DNA of 32,000 nucleotides from Candidatus Saccharimonadota bacterium (GCA_963706795.1 OY970170.1:900001-932000); one strand, 5' to 3'. Counted from the stretch's first letter, positions 8,002 to 16,912 are shown. Notes: generated by a model from the sequence alone, not told the origin. Numbers and translations: made by a program.

Positions 8002-9720
8002 CTAGCGACTTACCACAAAGATGCTTTTTTGGAAATCCTCAGGCAGGATATTTTGGTACTGTGTGAGAACCGCTTCCCAGGCATGTGTCATCTCACGAGA
8101 GAAGGCGTAGAGTCTGCCTGTTCTTGCTCCTCTCGTTCGCATAAGTCCAAAATATCCGATGTGATATGCGTGTGAAAAATATCCAAGCATCTGCATGAAT
8201 TCTGGCTGGCTTCGTAGATCTGCCCAATCTTTAATCTTTCGGTCGGAGAAGAGTCTGAGCGTATCGAATGTATATGCGCAAATCCGTCGTTCGATCTTTT
8301 TTGGAGGCATAAATCGAAAATTGCTCTCAGTCCGATCAAATCATGATGTATCCTGAGTTATTGCATCAGCTGGAATGCTTGCACCCCAAATGTTATAGGC
8401 TTTTTTGTTTGTGAGATAGCTTTTCTTTTCGGGTGCAATAACGAGTCCACAGTCTGTAATGACCTCATCGATTTTAGCCCGAATGTCCTCGGGAATCGTA
8501 TGCGAAGAGAAGATCACAATATCATCCGCATATCGGGCATATTCAAGCTGCGTTGAGGTTTTGTTATTGTGCTGACGCCAGGCTCTCGGTGAGCGTGAAT
8601 AGTCACGGATAATCTTGTAGATCCACTTATCAATCGCGTACTGACCAAAGAGATTTGCGATCATTGGGCTGATATGACTTCCTTGTGCGAGGCGATTATC
8701 TACTCAGGCAATGCGAGTAATGCCTCTTGCTGCATATTCGAGTGTATCTTTTGGAAGTTTGGATGTAGTGGGTGATCTTTGTAGTTCGTGCACAAGACCT
8801 CTCTTCGCCATGTCGAGAGTAATACTCGGGAAGAAATTTCTGATATCGATCTGATAGACGCTTTTAATTTTTGTGTGCCTTAGATTATGAAATCCATCGA
8901 GCGTTCTCCTGAGTCATTCGTATGCGCCAGATCCAGGTCGGAAGCCACAAACTGAATCCGAAAGCCAGCTATTATTGAGACCGCAAAGTGCGAGTTTTTG
9001 GGCTGCGCGCACTATATTTATGGGTTCTGTAGGGATAGAAAACGTACTCGAAAGCACGCTGTAGAGCTTGAGATATGGGTCATTTCTTGGTGTAAATTCC
9101 CAATTTGCGTCCTGCCAATTAAAAATATCGTGTTCGATATCATTGTATTTTGCTGCTCTGAGTGCAGAAAGCTTATGAAAAGCCAGATATGCATCCTGCA
9201 GGTTTTTACTTTCGTCCATTGTCACAAATGCCTTCGAACCATCAGGAGACTCTATTTTTCGCGTTTTTCAGTTTCACTTCGGGATTTCAAATTGCCGATA
9301 AATCTTGCCTGGATGCTCTTCGATAGTGGTAAGTGCACTATGGGTGATATTTGCAATAATACTTAAAAGAAGGGTCTTTTCGGGCATAATATCTGCTTCC
9401 TGCCGAGTCTTTTCATGTGCTTGCCCAAAATACAGGCTGGAGAGCATGCTTGAGTTTTGAACTCCTGCTATAGCTGCAAGAGCACAGGCTTCGGCAACCA
9501 TTTGGCGTTCTTTCAGAAGAGTCTCTTTGTTCGGTTTTTCCTCATTCATTTGAGAGGGCACATCTGTGCCTTCTAAAACATCATTTACCTGCTGTTTTAC
9601 GGGTGAATCCGTGATATCAAATTTGCTCGCTGCATCCTGCACATCTGGTCGCTCAAAAACGCCACTTTCTTTTTGAGAAGAAAGAGCGCTATCCTGAGGT
9701 AATCAGTGCTTTTGTGGCAT
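8002..9720 (-). CDS. stand-alone reverse transcriptase (retron / group-II-like / defence-associated RT superfamily), 572 aa under code 25
   Basis: Four ORF-track pieces (9274..9642, 8914..9225, 8341..8664, 8002..8310) share one frame. They are joined by TGA at 9703, 9274, 9268, 8914, 8704 and 8341. RT motifs seen: FEIPK-G-N-G-KTRKIESP (motif 1), CGFRPGSGAYEGL (2a), IDIRNFFPSI (2), RLAQGSHISPMIANLF (4), YARYADDIVIFS (5), GLVIAPEKKSYL (6) and YNIWGASI (7). The stop is a genuine TAG at 8002. The start (ATG 9720) has no SD and is uncertain. Confidence 0.85.
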
Positions 9721-9737
9721 GAGAGACAATTTTCTTA

Positions 9738-9782
9738 ATTTTACACTAAAAAACTTGATTCGGCAATTATTGCCACTATGCT
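9738..9782. promoter_or_regulatory. candidate back-to-back divergent promoters flanking a 13-nt palindrome
   Basis: Minus strand: TTGCCG (9766-9761), 17 nt, TAAAAT (9743-9738), facing the RT. Plus strand: TTGATT (9755-9760), 16 nt, TATGCT (9777-9782). The palindrome GGCAATaATTGCC lies at 9762-9774. These are hexamer matches by eye only. Confidence 0.25.
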
Positions 9783-10077
9783 ACAAAACGCGGTAGCTTT
9801 ACGGTCGATTCTTGGAAGCTCTGAAGCGAATGAGATGTATCGTTCACGAAGAGATTTACTTCCCTGAGGTACTCCGTCGATGACGGACAAGATTTGTAAA
9901 ACTGGTATGAATTTGTCGGCATGTCTTAGACCCAAATTGTGTTTCACTGATTTGCGTTTACGACTGAAATGCTTTTCAATGGTATCAGCCGAAAACCAAA
10001 CCCATGATTCTCAGCATACTGTGCTTCGAATTCATGTATTTGTTTTCTACGAACATCAAATGCGTACCGCGTTGTTC
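9783..10077. ncRNA. candidate structured non-coding RNA adjacent to the RT (strand unresolved)
   Basis: Lies in the 395-nt gap between the uvrC stop and the RT start, with no convincing ORF. It is bracketed by the 9-nt inverted repeat AACGCGGTA (9787-9795) / TACCGCGTT (10065-10073). Internal hairpins lie at 10003-10036 and 9873-9887. Confidence 0.3.
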
Positions 10078-10082
10078 TTAAA

Positions 10083-10108
10083 GCCTCGATTCATTCGAGG
10101 TCTTTTTT
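10083..10108 (+). terminator. intrinsic terminator-like hairpin; the T-run is on the plus strand
   Basis: gCCTCGAttcatTCGAGGtctttttt, 8 nt from the uvrC TAA. On the minus strand (uvrC sense) the stem is followed only by CTTT. Confidence 0.5.
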
Positions 10109-10115
10109 ATGCCCA

Positions 10116-12041
10116 TTATCCAAAAAGTCCGTGATCCTTTAGGGTTTGTAATTGTGTGGCGTTGCATGCACTCAGGAGATCACTCTCAGAGAGTTCTTTA
10201 ATACCGTCCACAGAACCCGCGAGCTTGAGGAGTTTTTTGCGCGTGGTGGGACCAAATCATGGAAGCTCTTCGAGGATATTTTTCTTCATAGCCTTCGATC
10301 GGGCAGATCGGTTAAAATTGATCGCAAATCGGTGAGCTTCGTCGCGGATTTTTTGGAGAAGCATGAGCTCAGGACTCCCATGCTCAAATCGTATAGAGAT
10401 ATTGGAGTCCGGTATAAAAATCTCTTCCTCGCGCTTTGCAAGCGAGCAAAAATAGGGGAGACACTGCACGAGTGACTCATAAAATTCGTCTCGTGATTGC
10501 TCTGGATTTTCGTGAGCGGCTCCGTATTTCTCGATCCCGCGGTGAACTCATTCGAGCGCGCTGGAGAGTTGTCATTTTCCACCATCTATGACGATCATAG
10601 TGGGGAAGTTTGATTGCTCGAATCATTCGATTGTTCGGCGCTCCATGATCTCGCGCATACTCTCGAAGTCATCTATTTTGTCAGCTTCGAGGGTCTTGAG
10701 TTTATATTTGCGGTAGAGCGTATTTTCGCTCTTCCCATTGACGATAACCGAGCGCGAGGCTACTGTAAATTGTCCGTTGGTGTGGCTGTTGTCATAGCAC
10801 TCAAAAGTGATCGGCCCTGACTTTGGGATTTCGTAGCCGAGCTCTTCAAGAATATTGCTCATCGTGCCCTTGGTGAGGGTTTTTTTGGTGAGATTTTCCA
10901 TCTCGGACCGATAGGCAAAATTCATGAGATTGGTCTTGGCGAACTTGAGGAGATCAGCTTTTGGACCAGTTTCTCCGCGATCGATCGAGACATGATTCGC
11001 GCGTAAAAACTCTGCGATTGCTGTACCAGTGAGATCAATCTCTGTGATGAGTCGATCAATTGGGAGCTCTTCACTATAGCGTTCAGCCAAAAATTGCTCG
11101 ACGATTTCTGTGGTATCTTCTTCGAGTGGGGCTTCGATTTTGGATTGTACGACTCATTGGATTTCGCCTCCTCGCACGGCAGTGACTCCGATAAACCGTT
11201 TGTCATATTTTTCGAGGTATTCGACAATATCGGCATTACCCTTGATGGCATCGCGGGCAACTTGGCGCTCACCGAGTACACCGATGGATTCGATCTGTTC
11301 TTTGATTTTTTGAGCTTCTTCGAATTCGAGGGCTTTCGCTCTCTTGAGCATTTTTTCTTTAAGACCTTCCACGACTTCGCTCATTTGGCCGCGGAGGAAT
11401 TTTTTCATGGCTTCTACATTTTCTTTATGGGCGCCGAGGGTTTCTTTGGTCAGTAGGCATGGAGCAGGGCAGAGGCCGATGTAGTAGTCCATACACGGAG
11501 GAGTTCTGCCGGCTTTTGCGGTGATAATCGTCTCACCATTTTGCGTATCGAATTTCATCCGACAAGACCGAACTTTAAAAATTCTACGAAGATTTTTAAG
11601 GGTGAGATTGATGCTTGCGCCGCTGGTATACGGGCCAAAGTAGATACCACGAGGTGGCTTCTGTCTTCCTTTAAAGACCTCGCTTACAGGGCCTTCCGAA
11701 AATACGATATATGACAGATTTTTGTCATCCTTCATGAGCACATTGTATTTTGGACGGTGCTTTTTGATGAGATTAGTCTCGAGTACGAGAGCTTCTACAT
11801 CCGTGCCAGTTTCGAGCCATTCGATATCTGCGACCTGGCCGACCATCTGCGTTTTGGCTGCATTGAGCGATCCGTGTCCATTAAAATACGAATGCACCCG
11901 ACTCTTGAGATTGACTGATTTGCCGACATATAAAATCGTCCCTTGGGTGTTTTTCATGATATAAACACCAGGACGAGACGGGAGATTTTTGAGGATTGGA
12001 TCGAGGGAGGGTTTCACGGAATCTATTCTAGAAGTATGCAC
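10116..12041 (-). CDS. uvrC: excinuclease ABC subunit C
   Basis: GIY-YIG N-terminus (PGVYIMKNTQGTILYVGKSVNLKSRVHSYF), the UvrC endonuclease region and a C-terminal (HhH)2 domain. Pieces 11154..12041, 10623..11090 and 10257..10469 are in one frame. Five in-frame TGA lie at 11154, 10623, 10572, 10548 and 10257. TGA 10572 completes the conserved 'IDGGK-G-QL' motif. The stop is TAA at 10116. Confidence 0.92.
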
Positions 12042-12082
12042 TTATTGTATTGAACTCACTCGTTTTTGCATACAATTCAGTT

Positions 12083-12655
12083 ATGCGACAAAAAATGCTT
12101 CGTTCTCAGGGATCGGCGCTCCTTATGGTGCTCTTTCTTTCGAGTGCGGTATTGGTTATTTTTTCGAGCTTTTATTCGGTCATGCACGAAGGTCTCAAGG
12201 CTCGCCTCTGAGATACTCCGACCGAGAGTATTGCTCTCGATGATGCGACTTCGGGTGCAAAATATGGAGTGGTTTCATCGCTGCCCGAAGGTACTCGCGT
12301 AGTTTCGCAGACGGCTACTGGATCAAATTTTGCGATATTTGTGTATTCTGGAGCGACAACCGAAATGACTCGGTTAAGCACTGGTGCAATAAATATGACG
12401 CTCGTTGATGGAGCTGCAGTTCGTGTAATCGTGCCAGATGGAGTGGATGCTGCGAGCGGAATACTCTTTGATTCGCTCGCACTCACGACCTCAAATACGG
12501 CTACAGGAAGTATTTTTCTCTCAACGCTTTGAGGGTATAGCAAGTTGCTTATTGGATCAAATAGCGTTGTGCAGCCCAAAACTGAGACCTACATCCTCGA
12601 AAAAGACATCGTGAATACCACATTCCAAATTCGTAATTTTCAAATCAATCGATAA
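12083..12655 (+). CDS. hypothetical membrane-anchored/secreted protein with a PilX_N/GspK-like N-terminus
   Basis: My translation is [33 protein letters not shown]...; ORF-track piece 12269..12532 is its middle part. Two in-frame TGA lie at 12209 and 12530. The TAA overlaps the dnaJ-like ATG (TAATG). The 'GSALLMVL' start resembles minor-pilin-like PilX_N domains, which is a weak call. Confidence 0.45.
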
Positions 12656-13332
12656 TGAAAACAAAAGATTTCTACGCGACTCTTGGAGTTCCTAAAACAG
12701 CGACGGAAGCCGAAATAAAAAAGGCTTACCGCAAACTCGCCATGCTCCATCATCCTGATCGAACCAAGGGTGACAAGGCTTCCGAAAAAAAATTCAAAGA
12801 AATTAGTGAGGCCTACGAAACACTCTCGGACGCAAAAAAGCGCAAACAATACGATACTTTTGGTTCTGCTGGAGATCAGTTCTCTGGCTTTTCTGGAGCT
12901 AGTGGAGGAGGTGGATGATTTGAGGATATATTCTCACAATTTTGAGGAGGAAGGGGCGGAAACGGAGGATTTGAATTTGATATGGGAGATCTCTTTGGTG
13001 GCGGATTTTGAGGAGGAAGTCGCCAGAAGCAGCAATCTCGTCCCGAACCCAAAGCTGAGACTCCATCGCTCGATGTTGAGATTACAAAAGAGATCCATAT
13101 TTTTGATTTTATTCTCGGCACCAAGATCGATGTAGAAACCGTCTACGGTAAGCATCTCGATCTCACGATCAAGTCAGGAACCAAACCAGGAACCAGATTT
13201 AAAATCTCAGGCAAAGGACGTTCGAGCGATGGTAAAACCGGCGACATGTATGTCAAAGTCGAAGCCAAAATGCCCAAAGAAGTCCCAGAAGATGTCGCAA
13301 AAGTCCTCGAGGCTCTCAAATACCGTCTCTAA
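12655..13332 (+). CDS. short DnaJ/CbpA-like J-domain protein (J domain, G/F region and one C-terminal beta domain; no zinc finger)
   Basis: J domain [33 protein letters not shown]. Three TGA (12916, 12943, 13009) fall inside the Gly/Phe-rich run [39 protein letters not shown]. The C-terminus reads ...[22 protein letters not shown]. No CxxCxGxG repeats are present. Confidence 0.8.
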
Positions 13333-13335
13333 GCC

Positions 13336-13818
13336 ATGAAAAAATACCTTCTCCTTGATAATATTCGCTCGCTCCTCAATGTTGGAGCGCTTTTTCGCAC
13401 AGCAGATTGAGCTGGATTTGATGCGATTTACCTCATAGGGATCACGCCCACGCCACCCCGCAAAGAGATCGCAAAAACCGCACTCTGAGCCGAAAAATCC
13501 GTAAAATGGGAATACTATAGTGACACTTCACTTATTGTTCCGGAGCTGCAATCCAAATGAGTTATTTTTGTGACACTCGAGCAGGACGAGCGAAGTGTGG
13601 ATTTTAGGGATCTGAGGCTTCCGGAGTGACGCGATATTTGCGTGGTACTCGGCAATGAGATTGGTGGGGTATCAAGATCGATGATCAATGCATCTGATTT
13701 TGTGGTCGAACTGCCAATGCTCGGGATCAAAAAATCCCTCAATGTAGCAACATCGGGAGGGATTTTGCTCTATAAAGTACTCGAAATTTGCGACAATTCT
13801 CGGAGTATCGTAGAATAA
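13336..13818 (+). CDS. SpoU/TrmH-family RNA 2'-O-methyltransferase (minimal, 160 aa)
   Basis: Not in the ORF track because four TGA split it. Translation: MKKYLLLDNIRSLLNVGALFRTAD-G-AGFDAIYL...VLGNEIGGVSRSMINASDFVVELPMLGIKKSLNVATSGGILLY, which carries the SPOUT motifs. The first TGA is at 13408. Confidence 0.8.
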
Positions 13819-13822
13819 TCTC

Positions 13823-15316
13823 ATGGATGACAAACGTACCGCCTACGTCTCGGTAGAAACGGAGACAGACATTATTCGCCGCAAAAATCTCTATTACGCG
13901 AGCGCGTTCATGGGATTTGTTTGGATACTCTTCCACTTTACGGTGGTGTATTTTTTTGGTCTGGAGCTCAAATCTCCGATGCTCGTTGGAATATTCCTCT
14001 GATTTGGTAACCTCATTGCTCTGCTTTTGGATGTACCGGTCGGGATTCTTCAGCGATATTTTATACCGAAGAGACTGTATCTTTTTGGAGTATTTTCTCA
14101 GCTTGCTGCGGGGCTCATTTTCCTCAAATTTATCTACGCTTCATCATTTTTTACTCCATCTGCGGGTGTTGGGATCACGACGCTTCTCGGACACTTCTTG
14201 GATAATTTTTCAAATATCGTACTCCTCTTTGCAGCGGCGGGAATGTATGGATTTACCAAGGAAATTAATGATATTACTACGATATCGTACATTCTCAATA
14301 ATGCCGATCCGTCAGAATATTCTTCGATTATGTCGAACAATAATATCTTTATGGGAATCGGCTCGCTTCTCGGGCTTTTGGTCTCAGGATTTGTGCTCGC
14401 ACTCAATCCGACTGCGGCGGTAATTATTCTCAATATATTTATCGTTATCCTGATCGCGTTTATATTCTCATATTTTGACTCTGGTGTGCGCACTATTGCG
14501 CTCTCAGATATCCAAAAACTCAAGGTCATCACCAAGCGCGAAAATCTCGAAAAAATTAAAGAATACGCCATCGGCTACATCGCCAAGACCGACTTCGCGA
14601 CACTCGCTCAAGAAGTGAAGCTCATTTTTATCCGACCAGCGACGATCAAAGACGAGAAATTCGACGTCAAAATCCTCATTCCGGAGACTAAAAAAGAATT
14701 CCTCTTGATTCGCAAAACACTCGCGAGTATTCCATATAATTTTGGACTTTTGTGGTTTGTGGCACTGATTTTGATCTTTGGTTTTTGGGATACATTCGCG
14801 GCAGGTTTTATGATCGAATATTTGGCCAAATTACCAACAGGAGAAGATCTCGCATACCTCTTGCTCTGACTTATTGCGATACCAGCTTTTGTGCTCCAGA
14901 ACCCATTTATTAAGCTCTCAAAACGTATTGGCGTTTTGCCGGTTGCACTCTTTGGAGTGGGGATCTCTGCGGTCTCGCTCATTATGCTTTCGTTTGTAGA
15001 AGCTGTACCACTCATCGCTATTTGTTGAATGTGTAATAGCGTAGGGTTTGCTGCAGGAATGGGAATCTCGCAAGGTGGATTTCTCGATCTCTATAACTCC
15101 GAATTTGCCAAAAAAGAAGGTCTCGCCGAGATTGATTCGAATGCTTCAGCTTCGCCTATGAAGATCGTGCAAAATATCGCCAATGTCTGCGGTATGATTA
15201 TTGGTGGAATCCTGCTCGCGATCTTTGGGTTCCATGGATTTTTTGCAGTCTTTGGATTTGCGATCTTGGCTTTTGCAGTGATCTCATTTATGAAAAAAAC
15301 ACAGATCGTTTTTTAG
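13823..15316 (+). CDS. MFS-type transporter, about 12 TM helices
   Basis: A 497-aa polytopic protein assembled from 13823.., 14027..14869 and 15029..15316 in one frame. TGA lie at 14000, 14867 and 15026. It shows repeated hydrophobic helices. Substrate unknown. Confidence 0.7.
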
Positions 15317-15327
15317 TCGATCTGTGT
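15299..15327. terminator. bidirectional terminator hairpin between the MFS gene and priA'
   Basis: ACACAGATCGttttttagtCGATCTGTGT: a perfect 10-bp stem. The loop contains the MFS TAG. Confidence 0.6.
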
Positions 15328-16331
15328 TACGGAAGTATCTTTGTCCCACGAACATCGAGGCTGATCCCTCGATTTTTTAATATCTCTTTTTCGATTGCGG
15401 CGACGAGTTCGGTCATACGATCCGAGCGTATAACGATGGTATCAATGTATTCTTCAGCGCGTTTTTCTCGTAGTGAGCGATCATAGCGGATACTAGCATC
15501 TTCTCCGAGTTCTTTTTGGACGATATCGAGCTTGTTTTTGAGTTTAGCAGTCATGTCCGTGAGTCGTGCTTCATTTGCGTCTTTGAGCTTAATGTACGCG
15601 AGTCCAGTGTAGGGTGGATAGTGAAATGCCTTACGTTCAGCGAGGGTTTTTGCAGCAAAATCGAGATAGTTGCCCTCAGTAAGTTTTTTGATGAAGGGTG
15701 AGAGTGGGGCATTGGTCTCGATCACGGTCTGTTTTGCGCGGCCAGAGAGTATTCGAATATGGCTATATACGCGTTCCTCGATGTCATATTCAGGGATAGC
15801 GAGCTCTGCCTCGGGTGTCACGACCACGAAGAGATCAATATCCGGAATATCCTCACGTAGGATATATTCTGTCGCAAGTAGGATCTCAGCATTAGCACCG
15901 GCTTCCTTTTTTTTGGCGTCCGAATCGAGTCGGAGAACATGCTCTTGTCCGAGATGTTTTACGAGAAATCTTTCGACTTCTTGGATGGCATTTCCTACGC
16001 CTTTGAGTCGTGTGCCATTGCATTTTGGACAATGAGTGCTCATGGGGCATTCGTATTGGCAATGGTGACAGACGAGTTTGTTGGAAGGATTGGTATGCAC
16101 AGAGAGCGCAATGTCACATTTTGGACACATCCATTCATGCGAGCAATCTTCACAAATAAAGGCACGGAAGGCGCCTCGTCTATTGAGATATACCACCGCC
16201 CGTTCGTTGTTTTTGATACAGGCTGTCAGAGCGTCGAGCGTATCATGCGAAAGAACCCGCTCAGCCAGCGGTGCACGAGATCGATCGATCAATGTCAGCA
16301 TAAAATATTTAAAACAGGCACTTTTATTCAT
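15327..16331 (-). CDS. priA: PriA-like primosomal protein, C-terminal half only (Cys-rich zinc region, helicase lobe 2 and C-terminal domain)
   Basis: VVYLNRRGAFRAFICEDCSHEWMCPKCDIALSVHTNPSNKLVCHHCQYECPMSTHCPKCNGTRLKGVGNAIQEVE...LRLDSD matches the PriA zinc-binding region and what follows it. No Walker A/DEAH lobe lies upstream: the frame has no recognisable sequence before it, and nrdR ends 110 nt upstream. Confidence 0.7.
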   Translation of the reverse strand: MNKSACFKYFMLTLIDRSRAPLAERVLSHDTLDALTACIKNNERAVVYLNRRGAFRAFICEDCSHEWMCPKCDIALSVHTNPSNKLVCHHCQYECPMSTHCPKCNGTRLKGVGNAIQEVERFLVKHLGQEHVLRLDSDAKKKEAGANAEILLATEYILREDIPDIDLFVVVTPEAELAIPEYDIEERVYSHIRILSGRAKQTVIETNAPLSPFIKKLTEGNYLDFAAKTLAERKAFHYPPYTGLAYIKLKDANEARLTDMTAKLKNKLDIVQKELGEDASIRYDRSLREKRAEEYIDTIVIRSDRMTELVAAIEKEILKNRGISLDVRGTKILP

Positions 16332-16465
16332 GCAAACTGTACGGGAATTCTTCAAAAACGATGAGATTTGTATGAAGACTGCGTACCACAGTGAGACGTA
16401 GCGGTAGCTACGTTGAACGAGGAAACGTAAAGTCTGAATACAAAGATCGCGTTTTAGAAAATTCC

Positions 16466-16912
16466 TTAATCGAATTCGCTTCGGATGAATTCGGTAAAAT
16501 GCTTCGTATCATCAAAATTGTGATAGATCGAGGCAAATCGCACGTATGCGACTTCGTCGATATCTTTGAGTTTGTGGAGGATATCCTTCCCAATGCGCTT
16601 TGAGGTAATTCCTTTTTTATTGGCAGCCCATTCACTCTCGAGTTCGTTGATCATTTGCTCGATACGATTCATATCTACATTTCGCTTGTAGATGGCCTTA
16701 CCAATGCTGCGCTGAACCTTGGATCGGTCATACATTTCTTGTTCACCAGAGGATTTCGTCACCAAAAAATTGATGAATTCCATTCGTTCGAATGTCGTAA
16801 ATCGGGCTTCGCATTTTTCACATTCACGGCGTCGGCGGATAGTTTTTCCGTCTTCGGTCATGCGTGAATCGATTACTTTGGTGTCTAGGTTCTTACATTT
16901 CGGGCAGCGCAT
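16466..16912 (-). CDS. nrdR: transcriptional repressor NrdR (zinc ribbon plus ATP-cone)
   Basis: MRCPKCKNLDTKVIDSRMTEDGKTIRRRRECEKCEARFTTFE, followed by an ATP-cone. The start is taken at ATG 16912 rather than the ORF-track 16975. Confidence 0.92.
   Translation of the reverse strand: MRCPKCKNLDTKVIDSRMTEDGKTIRRRRECEKCEARFTTFERMEFINFLVTKSSGEQEMYDRSKVQRSIGKAIYKRNVDMNRIEQMINELESEWAANKKGITSKRIGKDILHKLKDIDEVAYVRFASIYHNFDDTKHFTEFIRSEFD

Noticed and set aside
9741-9947. 68-aa minus-strand ORF in the RT leader (MKHNLGLRHADKF...).
   Set aside because: It is GTG-initiated with no SD and has no recognisable features. It overlaps the putative structured region. I keep it only as an alternative to be tested by coding-potential analysis.
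9787-10073. Treating the 9-nt inverted repeat as proof of retron a1/a2 arms.
   Set aside because: By my rough estimate (about 8x10^4 position pairs against 4^9), a 9-mer inverted repeat in a 400-nt region occurs by chance about 30% of the time. It is reported only as compatible with the retron reading, not as evidence for it.
7454-10115. The RT as part of a diversity-generating retroelement (CPR genomes are DGR-rich; the 115-aa ORF as Avd).
   Set aside because: Motif 4 is LAQGSHISPMIANLF (QGxxxSP type), not the DGR-type I/LGxxxSQ. The 115-aa protein is acidic rather than Avd-like basic. I could not see a TR/VR repeat pair by eye. A computational repeat search would be needed to exclude this fully.
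7454-10115. The RT as the maturase of a mobile group II intron.
   Set aside because: uvrC ends with its own TAA and dnaG is intact, so no host gene is interrupted. I found no domain V-like sequence (…AGCCGTAT…GAAA…TACGGTTC) downstream of the RT. That space is occupied by an SD-led ORF and a terminator. No endonuclease domain is present. Some motifs (GFRPG, IPT..VRAAQ) are group-II-like, so a domesticated group-II-like RT remains possible.
9880-10134. 84-aa plus-strand ORF running through the 10083-10108 hairpin.
   Set aside because: The sequence is implausible (Cys/Phe/Arg-rich, low complexity). Its 'stop' is TGA, so under code 25 it would run on antisense into uvrC. There is no good SD.
5802-12041. 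Under standard code, dnaG, the RT and uvrC appear as strings of 2-6 ORF fragments, which suggests pseudogenes or frameshifted, decaying genes.
   Set aside because: All fragments of each gene share one frame. They are separated only by TGA, never TAA or TAG, and the TGA sites coincide with conserved glycines. The genes are therefore intact under table 25.
12172-12579. 135-aa minus-strand ORF between uvrC and the dnaJ-like gene.
   Set aside because: It is antisense to the better-supported plus-strand gene 12083..12655, which has a hydrophobic signal-anchor start, TAATG coupling to the next gene, and continuity through TGA.
13917-14571. ORFs 13917..14423 (+) and 14134..14571 (-).
   Set aside because: They are off-frame or antisense overlaps of the MFS transporter reading frame, which is continuous from 13823 to 15316 under code 25.
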